From the NCBI RefSeq assembly GCF_006345805.1, contig NC_042997.1:21886001-21950000 (forward strand): 64,000 bases of DNA, in the 5' to 3' direction. How positions within the stretch are numbered: position 1 is the first letter of the stretch; each line of letters begins with the position of its first letter. The position numbers were made by a program, and so were the translations under genes. The notes below the pieces were generated by a model. The model was not told the DNA's origin. It searched no databases and saw nothing but the letters and a program-made list of their open reading frames with translations. This stretch comes from Octopus sinensis (taxonomy: Eukaryota). Positions 25,860 to 40,250 of the stretch are shown here, in pieces.

Positions 25860-26410
25860 ACACATAATTTCCACATCAACAGTAACGTAGGCCGCCTCTA
25901 CCTAAAACGAAAGCAAAGCGACAGAGGCTTAATATCGACCCACAATGCCTCTGAATGTTGTATCATATCCCTTCCGTAACATATTTTAACCATCAAGTGT
26001 TGAAGTGCATCCCTTGACCAAGTTTGCATGCGTGAGGCTGATAAGATAATAAAACTTGGAAAGTAGCTCCTTGAGCAGCATTCCTTGCCTGATAACCTTA
26101 AATACATGCCCGAAGAAGTAGCACGACTCTATCGCAACGTATCATAAGGTGAAAGGGTGAGCCTATATGAGCAGAAGACCATGTATGGATATGTTAGTAG
26201 AAAGCTCAGAGATGATAGTAACATTGATTGTTAAAGCAGTCTATCATGGACCAGCAACCTCCCATTTTGAAGGATATGTGCTTGCAATCCAGGAACAGGA
26301 AATATCAACCAAATACCTGAATTTCAAAAGGAACAGAGATGTAGGAAAAGCAGTAAGTTGTAACAACAGATGCCGACTTTACGGAGTTAACAGCGAAGAT
26401 ATCTGAATAA
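25860..26410 (+). mobile_element. Old R4/Dong-like fragment
   Basis: Remnant peptides SNVGRLYLKRKQSDRGLI and HFEGYVLAIQEQEISTKYL..CNNRCRL. Confidence 0.55.
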
Positions 26411-26522
26411 TGACATACATACATATTTGTGTATATGTGTGCATATATGCTTGTACGCATGAGCATACAAGTAGCAGGCACATACATATCTCAATGAGTA
26501 AAAGAAAAAGGAGAGAGATGGA

Positions 26523-26565
<43 letters not shown>

Positions 26566-27239
26566 GGGAAGAGAGAGGGTATTAGAAAGTAGGCAACTTT
26601 GAAGGGAAGAAGAGAAAATATATATAATTGAATGACATTCAAATAGATATAAATCTTTCATTAAATCACTCTAGACAAATATCAGATGGGGATAGGAATA
26701 GGTGTACTGTGGTGATAAGAGCTTCTTTTTTTTATGTCCTGACGGACTTAGTAGAACAAATTAAAACACTAGTTTTCGTGCCGATATTACAAATTGGAAG
26801 ACATTGTTAATGATGTTGGCTGAATACCATCAAAATGGCAGACAAATTAAATAGATAATAAGCTGCCAGCTGACTTAATAGTTTTCGTTAAGAAAGAGTT
26901 TGTAAGTAGTCTAATGATATTATGTATAATAATTTCTTTTTGACTAGACAGATGGCCAACCTTTTCGTGAGAGATTGGAATATATAACTAATATTGACAG
27001 CAGTCGCAAGAAAGACTGTCCAATAAATATGTCCAAAGAGAAGCATAAGGTTTAACATGAAGTGACCAGTCGGACTTCGTAAGTCAAAAAAGCTGTTATG
27101 CAAATCAACTTCATTCACTTGTTTAGAATATACGGATTTTCTAACAAGACAACCAACCGTATGTCGTTTGATTGTCTTAGAATTGAGGAGAGAAAGGAAA
27201 GAAAGTAGACAGCAATGGAATAGAACTTCCGATAAGTAT

Positions 27240-28430
27240 ATTGGAGAGTGAAGAGAGAATTATGCATGTATGTTGGTATTGTATTGTTAAACCAGATAAT
27301 AACCACAGAGATGGGCAATAAAATCACGCCAGAGAACATTAGAAGAATGAAGAAGCTGTGTAATTCCAAGCTGAATAGAGGCAATCTGGTCAGTGACATT
27401 AACGCCGAAATTTGTGGAGCAAACAAAAAATATACAGGTCATAATGGACATAAGTAGCAGAGAGATAATAGTCATGTACGGATACGTTCATACTAGAGGT
27501 AATGTAGCACGACTTTATCTACCAAGGAAGAAAGGTGGGGAAGGATTGAGTGGAATAGAAGAGAGTGTTCGAAAGGTGAGAAAATCAACGTATGCCTGTC
27601 TTAGACAGAGAATACTGAATGGATGTTGCAGGTTTCACTGACTGAGAAGGAAATTAGTGAAAGTAAAGGCGTACAAAGAGAGGACTTCTGAAGAAAAGAT
27701 TAACATCTGGAAAGAGAAAGTCACAGCCGGAAAGCTTGTCCAACAAATATTATTTGTAGCAGATGAACGATCCTGGAGATTGTTAAGACATGATTTTTTT
27801 TTTAAATTGGAGGTAGATAGCTTGATCCTTGCTACCTAAGTAGAAACTTTGCGAACAAACGCAATCAAGTTAGCATTGACAAGACAGCAGAAACATTTCT
27901 GTGTAGATTGTATGGAAACTCATTTGAATCAGTTACGCATATAGTTAGTGGATATCCTAAACTGGGCCAGAAGGTGTACAGAAAACATCATGATTAAGTT
28001 GCACAAAGTGTACAGATGGGGATGTGCAGGAGGTATGGGATAGAGCGTACCGACAAGTGGTATGTACACCAGTCCTTGCCAATTGTAGAGTTGACCACTT
28101 GGAATTCAGCTGGTACATGACAATCTACACAGATAAACAGCAGAAGTATAATCGACTAGATATCATTCTCGTAAATAAAGAGACCAAAGAATGGATCTTC
28201 ATTGATATAATTTTACCGGCAGATGAGAATATTCTGAAGACAGAGAATGAAAAAGCCTTTGAAGTGAAGCGTATTCCTAAAGCTTTAAAAGTGAATGTGA
28301 TACCGATTGTGCCTGGAACCATGCCAAAGAAAACTAAACCTGGTATGAGAAGTTGGAACTACGGGTCATCACTCGATGTACATAATTGATAGCCATACTT
28401 GGAACAGCGTATGTGTTGGGGTAAATGTTC
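27240..28430 (+). mobile_element. Old, heavily mutated R4/Dong-like fragment
   Basis: Remnant peptides RRMKKLCNSKLNRGNLVSDIN, NVARLYLPRKKGGEGL and KYNRLDIILVNKETKEWIFIDIILP. Confidence 0.65.
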
Positions 28431-28774
28431 GTCTCTAAGCTACAGAAAGGAACTTAAACATGACATAGATAATGAAAAACATCAAGATTAGAGAGAATCA
28501 CTATAATAATAGCAACATAAGCAATGAAAATAGTAACAATAGGAAATATGAAGTCTTAATAGAAAGAATAGTAACAGTAATAAAAACAATATAAATAAAA
28601 TATTCGTTGTAATAAATCAACAAAATAGAGAAGAGTACAAACAATAATAAAATATTACGTTAACTTCCTTAGACCAAGTTGACTAATTGTGCCAGTAGGG
28701 ATTGGCACAGTTGAACTCACTCCATTGAATTGAACACACTCTTTACTTATGCAAGATGGGTCAAAAGTCACGTA

Positions 28775-29235
28775 TGAAAACATTTGACATTTTATTTATA
28801 TTACGTTATTGTTGTTACATTACGTTATTGTTATTCTTATTGTCATTATTGTTATTATTTTGGTTTGGCTCAGGTTCGGTCTTATTCTTGGTAGGATTTA
28901 TATGGGTAGCGGGTTACCTTAGGTATCCACAAGTTTCAGCAGTCTTTCAATTGCTTAGAACCCTCCAGATAATCCGTGCTGCCCCTAAGAGAAAGCTTTC
29001 TGTAGGGGCTCTACCGGGCATTCTATTTCAGCCTCTTTCAGCCATTTGTCTATATTGTTCCCAACGCACCAATTATTATAGACACGATCTTTACTGTTCT
29101 CATGCTCCAAATTCTTCCTATTTCAAATTTTAAAGGATTGTATTTTTTGTTTTTCTTCTTTTTTCTTTACTATCCTGGAATCAAATGGGCATGATGGTCG
29201 ATAAGTAAGCAACTTCGCTTTTCCTTATCTATAAT
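28775..29235 (-). mobile_element. Degenerate R4/Dong-like 3' fragment
   Basis: Reverse complement aligns by eye with 35700-36000 (caatcctttaaaatttgaaataggaagaatttggagcatg...) and ends in TAA-rich sequence. Confidence 0.65.
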
Positions 29236-29283
29236 TATGCCTTGCTTTTCTTGATCTATAATTATGCCATCATCATTATCATC

Positions 29284-29375
<92 letters not shown>

Positions 29376-29377
<2 letters not shown>

Positions 29378-30030
29378 GTTTGACTCTTGCTTTGTATTTG
29401 TACAAGTTGGCTCCAAGTCCCACCCAGAGACCTCAAGAAACAACAAGTTAGAAGTTCATGTTGGTGTTATGCCTAGGGTGTCACATATTTGGTTTTGTAC
29501 ATTGTGTTGTTCTAGAGAATGTTTTAGAAAACTTAAGGAAATTATGTTTGTTTTAAATTTTGAGATTACATAGGCAGTATTTTACGTAGGATATGGGAAG
29601 TTCTCATGAGTACTATCTTTTGAATTTCTGCCATTTTGGAGTTTCCTGGTATCTGCGCCAGGTAGCAATCAGCCCCTTTTGCTATCATTCCTAGGGCACC
29701 CATGACATTAGATGTTGTTTTAGTGTTCAGGTTCCACATTTTGCCAATTTTTATTTCAAGATCTTTATACTTGCTCAGTTTTTGTTAGGTCTTGACAGAT
29801 ACATTTATGTCGATTGGGACAGTCATATTTATGATTTTATCTGAAGTGTTTCAATGAATGACATATTTGCATCTATCTTTCTGTCAGTTTGAATGGTGAA
29901 GTTCTAGAGGAGTGAGATGAGATCCTTTTCAAACACTGAAGGTGGTTTGTATTTCCACCAGTTTTTATCATGTGACAGGCCCAAGTTTTTGCGAATTATT
30001 CAGTGAATATAATGTGCTGCTCTATCATGC
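29376..30030 (-). mobile_element. Degenerate R4/Dong-like 3' fragment (further family) with (TAA)n tail
   Basis: Minus strand has RLE-region remnants (cccgacataaatgtatctgtc; catatcctacgtaaaaatactg) and a 3' UTR ending directly in the long (ATT)n tract at ~29270-29375. Confidence 0.6.
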
Positions 30031-30033
30031 CTC

Positions 30034-30075
<42 letters not shown>

Positions 30076-30382
30076 GAAAACTCACAGCTTATTTTGATGG
30101 GTATTATGGAAAGTGTCAGCTCAGACTAAGGTGACAATTGTTTACTAGTCATGCTTCAAGAACATTGCGAAGGATTCTTGCAATTCCAAGCAATGCTGAT
30201 TTTTGTAGTTGTTCTACCTTCACATTTGCACCAATTTTTTCAGCCATGTTCGTAGTTCAGAGTTAATACTTCCAAGTGTACCAATTACTATTGGTATCCC
30301 GTCTTCTCTCTTCATTGACCATAACATTCGTATTTCTCACTTCAAATTGCCATAGTCATTATTATTATTATTATTATTATTA

Positions 30383-32521
30383 TTCAGTAGTTTTATTTTT
30401 ATAGCGTGCTTTCACTTCACTACCGAGCGCAGCTCTGTGTGCCTTGGGTATGTGCTGTGATTTGTTGTGATGCTCTGATGGTTATTGTATGGAAAGTGTT
30501 CTGCGTAGGATGTGTGCAGTGCCTAGTAGTGCAATTTTCTGTATGTTATATGTGTTTGTAAGTCCTGGTGTTTTTGTTATGTATTTGTCTGAATATTTTT
30601 TTATCATGCCTAATGCACCTACTATGATAGGAATTGTTTCTGTTTTCAGATTCCACATTCTAGTTACCTCTATTTCCAGGTCTTTGTATTTTGAGAGTTT
30701 CTCCATTTCTTTTAGAGACACGTTGTCATCTGCCGGTATTGATACATCAATTAGAAAACATTTTTTTTCTTCGTGATCTCTGACAACTATATCTGGTCTG
30801 TTGGCCTTAATTTCTCTATCTGTGTGTATCGGCATATCCCAGAGTATGGTTGCTTTCTCGTTTTCTGTGACCTTTTCTGGTGTGTGCCTATACCATCTTT
30901 TTTCTGTTGTTATTCCATAATGTTGGCATAGCTTCCAATGTATGAAGGTCCCAACTCTGTCATGTCTGTGAATATATTCCTTCTTAGCCAGGACTGGGCA
31001 GCTAGAGATAATATGATTTATTGTTTCTTGTCCATCTCCACATATTCTGCAGTTACTTGTAATATTTCTTTTCATTACATGTTTTTGGTAATTTCTGGTG
31101 GGGAGGCTTTGGTTTTGTGCTGCAATTAAAAATCCCTCTGTTTCTGCTTTGAGTCCTGAGCTTCTCAACAATTGCTGGGATTTTTCTTTGTCTATTTCTT
31201 TTGCGTTTAGTTTAGTCCAGTATTTACCATGAAGGGGCTTTTCTTGCCATCGTTTCATCATGGTTCTTTGCTGTTCTATTTTTAGTTTGGATTTCATTTG
31301 TTTTATAGTTTTTGTTGTTTCTTCATCTTCTTCTTCTTCTTCTTCATGTTTATTAGGTGGTATGATTTCTTGCTTGTATTTGTCAGCTTCCTTAAATACT
31401 GAGAACAGTTTTTTGTTTTGCTCGTGTTTTGCCGCAATCTGGATCAGTTTTCCTTCCTTCTGAAGTAGATATTTTTGCAGTCCTATGGTGGTTATTTTAT
31501 AGTAGTTTTCCAGCTGTATAAGGCCTCTACCACCTTCTATACGTTGTATATATAGTCTTTCTATGTCAGATTTTGGGTGATGCATCCTAGATCCTGTCAT
31601 TATTTTTCTTGTTTTCCTATCTATTTTGGACAGTTCATTTCGTGTCCAGTTAAGGATATTGTAGCTGTAACTTATAACTGGGACAGCTAAAGTGTTGATA
31701 CCTATTATCTTGTTTTTAGCATTGAGCTCTGTTTTTAGTATTGATCTAACTCGTCTATAATATTCTTTTTGTTTTTCTCTTTCATTTGTGTGTGTTGTGT
31801 CTTATCTAGTTCATGGATTCCTAAGTATTTGTAAGTTTGGTTTGGTCTAATTCTTTTATTTCATTGGTTTTATCTAGTGTGATGTTGTTACTCTTAACTA
31901 GTTTTCCTCTTTTCATGGTTACTTTGGCGCATTTTTCTAATCCAAATTTCATATCTATTTCTTTGGTAAATCCATGAACTGTCTTTAATAGTATTTCCAG
32001 CTGTTTGTCATTTGCAGCGTATAGTTTTAGGTCATCCATATATAAAAGGTGGCTGATCGTTTTGCCGTAACATTTATATCCGCATCCAGTTCTATTTAGC
32101 ATATCAGATAGAGGTGACAGTGACAAGCACAAAAAAGGAGTGGAGAGAGCGTGTCTCCCTGGAATATTCCTCTTCTAATGGGGATGTCTTTGGTTTTCAT
32201 GAGTCCCTCTTTTGTTTGGAGGTGTAGGACTGTTTGCCATTTATTCATAGAGTGCTCTATGAATTTTATGATTGTTGGTGCTACTTTGTTAATGGCTAGT
32301 GTTTCGAGGATCCATGTGTGGGGGATGCTATCAAACGCCTTTTTGTAGTCAATCCAGGCCATACTGAGGCCTTTCTTCTTTCTGTGGCTGTCTTCAGTTA
32401 TGGCTTTATTAATCATTAGTTGATCTTTACAGCCATATGAGCCTTTGCGGCATCCTTTCTGCTCTTCTGGAAACAGTTTGTTTTCGTCCAGGTGCTTGTT
32501 CAACCTTTGCGATATCACTGC

Positions 32522-32525
<4 letters not shown>
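30383..32525 (-). mobile_element. Second copy of the same R4/Dong family, 5'-truncated within RT
   Basis: Closely matches 19500-21509. ORF 30482-31600 (372 aa) has the CCHC finger and KANRPDIVVRDHEEKKCFLIDVSIP endonuclease. (TTA)n tracts on both sides. Confidence 0.9.
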
Positions 32526-32599
<74 letters not shown>

Positions 32600-33538
32600 T
32601 ATTATTATTATTATTATTTATTATTATTATTATTATATTATTATATTATTATTATAATATTATTATCATTATTATTCATGTACAAATACGCATATATTCA
32701 TCATTATTTTATTTATTTCATTCAATTTTAGAAAATTTGAAGCAATTCTTTGAAAATTCAGGAATGTATTGAACCTATTTTGGGCGTGACTTTTGACCTG
32801 TTCTGTGTATATTTCTTTTATTTAATTGCGGAGAGAAAGAAGTTAATTTTGGTTGAACTTGGGAAATAGAAATGCTTGCAAGATATCAATCATTGCATGG
32901 TTATTAAAGTTTCACAAGGCCCACATCTAACTCCATTTTCTGCAGACAAATGCCTTCTGTGTAGAATGTTACCCTATCGCGGGACCTACTCTTAGAAATT
33001 TCTGCTATTTATTTTCCAGATAAGGGATATAAATCATGAAATGGGAGGTAGAAGAGTTACATAACGTATTTCATGATGTTCGCTAAGAATTATGAGATAC
33101 ATTATAAAATGTAGCTGAAAGAAATATGCTAAATCAAAGTTTTGGTAATAGTACGCAGGCAATAGTAACATGAAAAATGAATGCTTATAATAGTAAAGTT
33201 TTATGACTTTTGCAGAATTGTACAAAATAGCAGTGTGATGAGCAGACTAGCCTTCAGCTTTGAGTTCAGAAAATACTTAATCATGATCAGCTGCTGAATG
33301 TCTACAAATCAAAAATAAGATATCCACAATAGGATACTGCAACCACATTTGAAGTGGTGCTTCATCATCCTATACAACAACCGAAAGATTACTATTTGTC
33401 TGATTGGCAAGGTAGCACTCACCAGCATACTGGTACATTTGACTCACAAATGTACTGTCTTCTCACTGCCTATTCTGACCATCTGAGCTGAAATTGTAAA
33501 GGGATATAACTAAATATAGGATCAAATTATTTTAATTT

Positions 33539-33721
33539 TAGGCATAGGAGTGGCTGTGTGGTATGTAGCTTGCTTACGAACCACATGGTTCCGGGTTCAG
33601 TTCCACTGCGTGGCACCTTGGGCAAGTGACTTCTACTATAGCCTCGGGCCGACCAAAGACTTGTGAGTGGATTTGGTACACGGAAACTGAAAGAAGCCCG
33701 TCGTATATATGTATATATATT

Positions 33722-33753
<32 letters not shown>

Positions 33754-33759
33754 ATATAT

Positions 33760-33807
<48 letters not shown>

Positions 33808-34005
33808 TGTGTTGTCCCCCCAACATCGCATGCTAACCGATGCTGGTATTTTTACGTCCCCGTAACTTAGCGGTTCGGCAAAAGAGGCCGATGGAATAAG
33901 TACTAGGTTTACAAAGAATAAGTCCTGTGGTCGATTTGTCGACTAAATGCGGTGCTCCAGCATGACCACAGTCAAATGGCTGAAATAAGTAAAGAGTAAA
34001 AGAGT
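33539..34005 (+). mobile_element. tRNA-derived SINE, family A
   Basis: taggcataggagtggctgtgtgg...ggttcagttccactgcgtggcaccttgggcaagt...(TA)n(TG)n...cgtaacttagcggttcggcaaaag...aaagagtaaaagag. Confidence 0.85.
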
Positions 34006-34499
34006 AAACAGTAACATAATCGATCATATGCCACTCTCCAACGAAAAGAATATAATCTTACCCCAGTTTAGTTCCATATCTTTACAATTTAAGTTCAAAT
34101 CTCGCAAAGACTAATTTCGCCTTGCATTCTTCTTGGCTCGTTAAAATAAGTTCCGATCGAATACTAGGTTGATGTAGTTAATTGCAATCCAATGACCTCG
34201 AGGAGTGTGACACTGTTATTATTGTAGTTGTTGCTTTTGTTACTGGAATTGATATGTTAATGGCTATAGTGTGCGTTAATTTCTTTGAAACCGAGTGTGG
34301 TTCCCGAAACTAGGTTTATCCTTTTAAATATACAACATTATGAGATTTTCAAGCAAATCTTCTTGGATTTTTCAATTCAAATAGATCAGGTGCTAGAGCA
34401 CAACAGTCCGGACCTAGTGGTGTACTTAGCTGTGTCGCATCTGCAAGAGAGCGGATGAAACCATTGCCCGTATCATGAACGAATTTCCTAGACTTGCCC

Positions 34500-35088
34500 A
34501 AAACAACTACAAGCTGTGGTGACACGACCAGGTGACGAAAGTGCTACAGGGGAAATTATGCGAAAAGTGGGGGCTAGAGAGAGGCAAGATGTGGTATGAG
34601 CAGAGACTGCAGAGAGTGGCAGAGTCGGAGACTAGTAAAATTCTCTGGGATTTCCCAATCCAAGCAGATCAGTTGCTTGAGCATAACAGACCGGACCTAG
34701 TGGTGTTTGACAAGGTGCACCACATATGCTATATAGTTGATGCTGCATGCCCTTTTGACCCACGAATAGTCAAGAAGGAAGGCGTACAGATAGATAGATA
34801 CAACCCTCTTAAGTACGAAATAGCCCGGCTATGGAAAATGAAGAAGGTGAAGATAGTGCCAATTATTGTTGGGTCCGTGGGAACAGTATCAGAAAGCATC
34901 AAGAGGAATATAAAGAAAATTGGAATAGAGTGCCCAGTAGAACTGTTACAAAAGTTTTGCCTCCTTGGCACAGCCAGGATAAGCAAGCAAGTATTAGATA
35001 GCTGAAATGAATGACTAGCATGGTTCAGTAGGCAGCAGGTTGTAAGCCCGGTACGCATCCGAGACTCCAGCAAACCTGTGATTAAGAG

Positions 35089-35090
<2 letters not shown>
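34500..35090 (+). mobile_element. 3' fragment of a different R4/Dong-like family (RLE domain) followed by a (TAA)n tail
   Basis: ORF 34532-35005 has KILWDFPIQAD..HNRPDLVVFDK..YIVDAACPFD..LKYEIARLW..VPIIVGSVG..LLGTARI, followed by (AAT)n at ~35091-35160. Confidence 0.8.
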
Positions 35091-35161
<71 letters not shown>

Positions 35162-35169
35162 AAATATGA

Positions 35170-36010
35170 AATACAAAGTGAGTTTGAAATACAAAGACAG
35201 CATCTGAAATAAGAAGAGAGCATGTCAGACAGATCGAAGAGAAATGCTGCATGACCAATTTTGGAGAGCCACTGAAAACTTATTTGGAACAAAATCCTGG
35301 CCTTGGTTAAAAAAAAGTGGCAATTAAAAAAAAAACAGAGAGTTTATTTGTAGCTGCCTAAGTTCAAGCGATAAAAACAAACAAATTGAGAAAAATATAT
35401 AAGGAGAGAATGTGTCAGAAAAATGTAGAGCCTGTGGAACTTGGAACGAGACAGTGGCACACATTGTGGGAGAATGCCCCAATTTGGCGCAAGGAAACTA
35501 TAAGAAATGGAAGCGCGACACTGATAACTGTGCAAGAACTGGGGATTTGAAGCTGGAAATATGGTACAATCATCTAGTCTAAAGAGAACTGGAGTCGGAG
35601 AAATGAAAGATTTTGAGGGACATTCCTGTTCAAATGGACAAAAGGGTAGAAAATAATAGACCAGACATGAAAATTATAAAGATTCCAGGATAGTAAAGAA
35701 AGAAGATAAACAAAAGAAATACAATCCCTTAAAATTTGAAATAGGAAGAATTTGGAGCATGCTAACAGTAAAAAACATGCCTATAATAATTGGGAACAGT
35801 AAGCGAAGATATAGACAAATGGCTGAAGTAGATTGGAATAGAATGCCCAATAGAGCTCCTACAGGTTTGTCTCTTAGGGGCAGCCAGGATTATCAGGAAA
35901 ATTCTGAACACTTGAAAGACTACTGAAAACCTGTGGATAACCCGCTAACCACATAATTCCTACCAGGAATAGGACTGAGCCTGAAACAAGCCAAAATAAT
36001 GATAATAGTA
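35170..36010 (+). mobile_element. Degenerate R4/Dong-like 3' fragment
   Basis: Broken RLE-region motifs (cacattgtgggagaatgcccc; aataatagaccagac; aatcccttaaaatttgaaatagg) ending in aataatgataata. Same family as 28775-29235. Confidence 0.65.
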
Positions 36011-36368
36011 ATATTAAAGTAACACGCTATCCACATATATTTCGTAGCAGGAATAAGACCCAACCTGAGTTAAAGCAAAATAATCATAAGAAGAAGAAAT
36101 TGTGACAACAATAACAACAGTAGCAACAAAATCAATTCGTCTAGAATGAAAATAATAGAGGCTATTGCTGCCAATCTCTAAGAAATGCTTTTACGTCTCA
36201 GGATCCATATTATTGAAACATAAAAAACTTTGCTCATGAAAATGAAAAATAAAAATATATTTAATGGATAGGTCTGAAGTGGTGCCTTAGCACAACAATG
36301 CCAGTAATCTTTTTTATTGCAAATTGATATGAACGTCTGTGTGAGAGAGAGAGAGTGTGTGTATGTAA

Positions 36369-36462
<94 letters not shown>

Positions 36463-36796
36463 GCATGTATGCATGTATTTGCATGTGTGTGTGTAGATAT
36501 ATATTTATATATATACACACACGCAAACACACACACACACACACACACCACACACACACACAAATATATATATATATATATATACATGTATGAATATCTG
36601 TGTAACTCTTGCTGCATCTCTCTTTCTCTGTAAATGCCTGTACACTCATATACAGGTATACACATATACACATACATTTTATGACATTATGTACGCGCGT
36701 GTGTGTGTGCGTGTCTGTGTGTGCCCAAGATAAGTATGGCCCGAGTTTGTAAAGCATAAGCATTATGGGTATGGGATATTGATGCACATATGTACC

Positions 36797-37040
36797 TTCT
36801 TTCTTTCTTTTATTCTTTTACTCGTTTCAGTCATTTGACTGCGGCCGTGCTGGAGCACCACCTTTTTAATCGAGCAACTCGACCCCGAGACTTAGTCTTT
36901 GGTAAGCCCAGTACTTATTCTATCGGTCTCTTTTGCCGAACCGCTAAGTAACGGGGACATAAACACACTAGCATCGGTTGTCAAGCAATGCTAGGGGGAC
37001 AAACACAGACACACAAACACACACACACACACACACACAC

Positions 37041-37091
<51 letters not shown>

Positions 37092-37278
37092 TATATATAT
37101 ATATATATACATACGACAGGCTTCTTTCAGTTTCCGTCTACCAAATCCAGTCACAAGGCATTGGTCGGCCCGGGACTATAGCAGAAGACACTTGCCCAAG
37201 ATGCCACGCAGTGGGACTGAACCCGGAACCATGTGGCTGGTTAGCAAGCTACTTACCACACAACCACTCCTGCGCCTA
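36797..37278 (-). mobile_element. tRNA-derived SINE, family A
   Basis: Reverse complement of the 33539 copy. Confidence 0.85.
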
Positions 37279-37817
37279 AAATTGTATATATGGTTAGTTT
37301 AAATATCTATTATCTATCATATATATTAATTCATTAATGTCTCGCAACTCAGTATTTTGCAAATGTTTGAAGTGTTAGATATCTATTTAGTAAACATACA
37401 ATTTATCTTCCTGCGGACAGCAAGAGACATCGATTGTGCGAATTTCTGTTCATTAGAAAAAGATAACTCATCGTCTGTGCACGGAGAGATAAGTAACTTT
37501 TATTATTTATTATCTGTAGTGCATACAAACTTAAAACTGAGCTAAACTGATCGCTCTAATTATCATAATTTCCATTGTCAGCATGCGCCAGAAACGTCAA
37601 TTTTTAACTAATTGTGCGATAATGAACATTTTTATTTGCGATATTTCTTAATGTACAGTATACCTTCTTAATAAGTATGCAATTTAGTTGCGATGTAAAA
37701 TTAGCAATTAGAGTGTTTTCAAAACAGGTTTATCTCTCTGTCGACAGAAGCCTCTGTTGTAGCAATTTTGTTTAAATTTCTATGTTCGTATATACACTGA
37801 AATGTTCTATACTTGTA

Positions 37818-38220
37818 TAAGCGCAGGAGTGGCTGTGTGGTAAGTAGCTTGGTAACCAACCACATGGTTCCGGGTTCAGTCTCACTGCGTGGCATCTTGG
37901 GCAAGTGCCTTCTGCTATAGCCCCGGGCCGACCAATGCCTTGTGAGTGGATTTGATAGACGGAAGCTGAAAGAAGCCTGTCGTATATATATATATGTGTG
38001 TGTGTGTATGTGTGTTTGTGTGTGTGTTTGTCCCCCTAGCACTGCTTGACAACCGATGCTGGTGTGTTTACGTCCCCGTAACTTAGCGGTTCGGCAAAAG
38101 TGACCGATAGAATAAGTACTGGGCTTACAAAGAATAAGTCCTGGGGTCGATTTGCTGGACTAAATGCGGTGCTCCAGCATGGTCACAGTCAAATGACTGA
38201 AACAAATAAAAGAGTAAAAA
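37818..38220 (+). mobile_element. tRNA-derived SINE, family A
   Basis: Same head, body and tail as the 33539 copy. Confidence 0.85.
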
Positions 38221-38784
38221 AAATACATACACACGCGCTCGCACACACACACATTTGCCTCCCCTCCTCTCCTCTCCTTCATCTGACACCTACTTCCTCT
38301 CTTCATTCCTACCCACCTCTCCTCACTTGCTCTGACACCTACTTCCTCTCTTCACTCCTACCCACCTTCATTGATACCTCTCCTACCCACCTTCATTGAT
38401 ACCTTCTCCTACCCACCTTCATTGGTACCCACTCCGTCCACACCTCCCACTCCCACATATCACCCCCACACATCCCACTTTCACATACCCCCATAGCCTC
38501 ACCCCTCACATCATCACCCACCCCATCCTCACCCAACCTACATCCTCACCCCATACCCTCACCCCAAACCCATACCCCAACACCGCCACACCACATCACA
38601 CCACACCACCCCACACCACTTCGCGCACACTACCGCTGACCATTTCCCATCACCCACAGCGTCATCCACACTCCCACACATTACAGACACAAACTCTTAC
38701 ACACGCACACATCCGCACGTCAAAGTCACCAGCCCCTATCTACACGTACACACACACTCTCACATGTTCGTGTATATATATATA

Positions 38785-39875
38785 TATAGGTAAACAGTAA
38801 CATTAATTACAGACATGGACAAGAACATGAAACACCACAGAGACGACACAAGAACCACAGGACGGGACATTCGAAGCCCTCAGTCATCAGTCAAGAACCA
38901 GATCATCTTAGCAATTTCGGCTGATTAATCTTGAGATTGCTCCGATATGGCCAGCCCGCCAAGGGAAATCTAAGCCAAGCGCATTAGATCCCCTGGAAGA
39001 AAGCTTCGAATGTCTACAACGAAAGGACGGAAAACAGATCGAAGTACACAAACAAAAATACAGAATACGTGACACCAATAAGAATACAAAAACGTAAAAA
39101 CAATAACGGTAAAAATAAAAAATAACAACAAAACAAAACCAGGACGTAGGACAAGGGTCTTTCGACAGGACGATTTGAGAATGGGGCTGGCTTGTGAAGT
39201 TGTGCCTAAAGGCCACGGGGAGACGAACAAATCCGTGTTGCTTCTGAGGCTGCTGAAAACGAAAAGAGCGCTCAACAGCGGCTAGCTGTCACGTGAGAAC
39301 AAAAGACAGGAGAAAGGGACAGATGAAAAGGGAGAGAAGGTGGACGAGGGAGGAGAAGAAAGAGACAGATCGAGGGGGCAGGAGGTGAGAGAGATAGAGA
39401 AACGTAGAAAGGGGGGGGGACGGATGGAGAGGGAAAGAAGGGAGTGGATAAGGGAGGAGAGAGAGAGAGAAAAAGAGACAGATTAAGAGTCGTATCAAAG
39501 CTTGAGAAAAAAATATACTTATCGTATAAGGACAATTGTGGATACGTAGCCGCCGATTATATAGGTAAACAGTAACATTAATTACAGACATGGACAAGAA
39601 CATGAAACACCACAGAGACGACACAAGAACCACAGGACGGGACATTCGAAGCCCTCAGTCATCAGTCAAGAACCAGATCATCTTAGCAATTTCGGCTGAT
39701 TAATCTTGAGATTGCTCCGATATGGCCAGCCCGCCAAGGGAAATCTAAGCCAAGCGCATTAGATCCCCTGGAAGAAAGCTTCGAATGTCTACAACGAAAG
39801 GACGGAAAACAGATCGAAGTACACAAACAAAAATACAGAATACGTGACACCAATAAGAATACAAAAACGTAAAAA
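38785..39875 (-). mobile_element. Non-autonomous element with 316-bp direct repeats, probably a PLE partial tandem
   Basis: 38785-39100 is repeated at 39560-39875. The spacer contains a polypurine tract (polypyrimidine on minus). Bounded by short (TA)n. The direct repeat is certain; PLE origin is inferred. Confidence 0.55.
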
Positions 39876-39979
39876 TATATATATATGTATAGTTGAAATT
39901 TACAGTAAAATGAAAGACGAAGACAGGTGCATAAACAGCAAGCACGTGTGTTAGTTTGACGCACCGGAAGGTGAGAAAG

Positions 39980-40017
39980 TCTTTTACGTTTCGAGCTTGG
40001 GCTCTTCAACAGAAAGA
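39980..40017 (-). ncRNA. Minimal hammerhead-like fold (variant core), left arm of inverted pLTR pair
   Basis: Minus strand UCUUU-CUGUUGA-A-GAGC(CCAA)GCUC-GAAAC-GUA-AAAGA. Confidence 0.6.
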
Positions 40018-40250
40018 AGCACGAGGAAATAAAGAGAGAGAATAAAAACACATGTGGAGATAGCGGTCAAACATGGTGACTCGTTGGACAAAGGTAGAAG
40101 AGCTAGGAAGAAGGGGAGATAATAAAGTACTAGTGATCCCAAAACGAAGGTGCACGTTTTATCTCCCCTTCTACCTTTGTCCAACGAGTCACCATGTTTG
40201 ACCGCTATCTCCACATGTGTTTTTATTCTCTCTCTTTATTTCCTCGTGCT

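Noticed and set aside
38860-38895. CUGAUGA on the minus strand of the 316-bp repeat as a hammerhead
   Set aside because: It is followed by GAAU rather than GAAA, and no helix I pairing can be formed.
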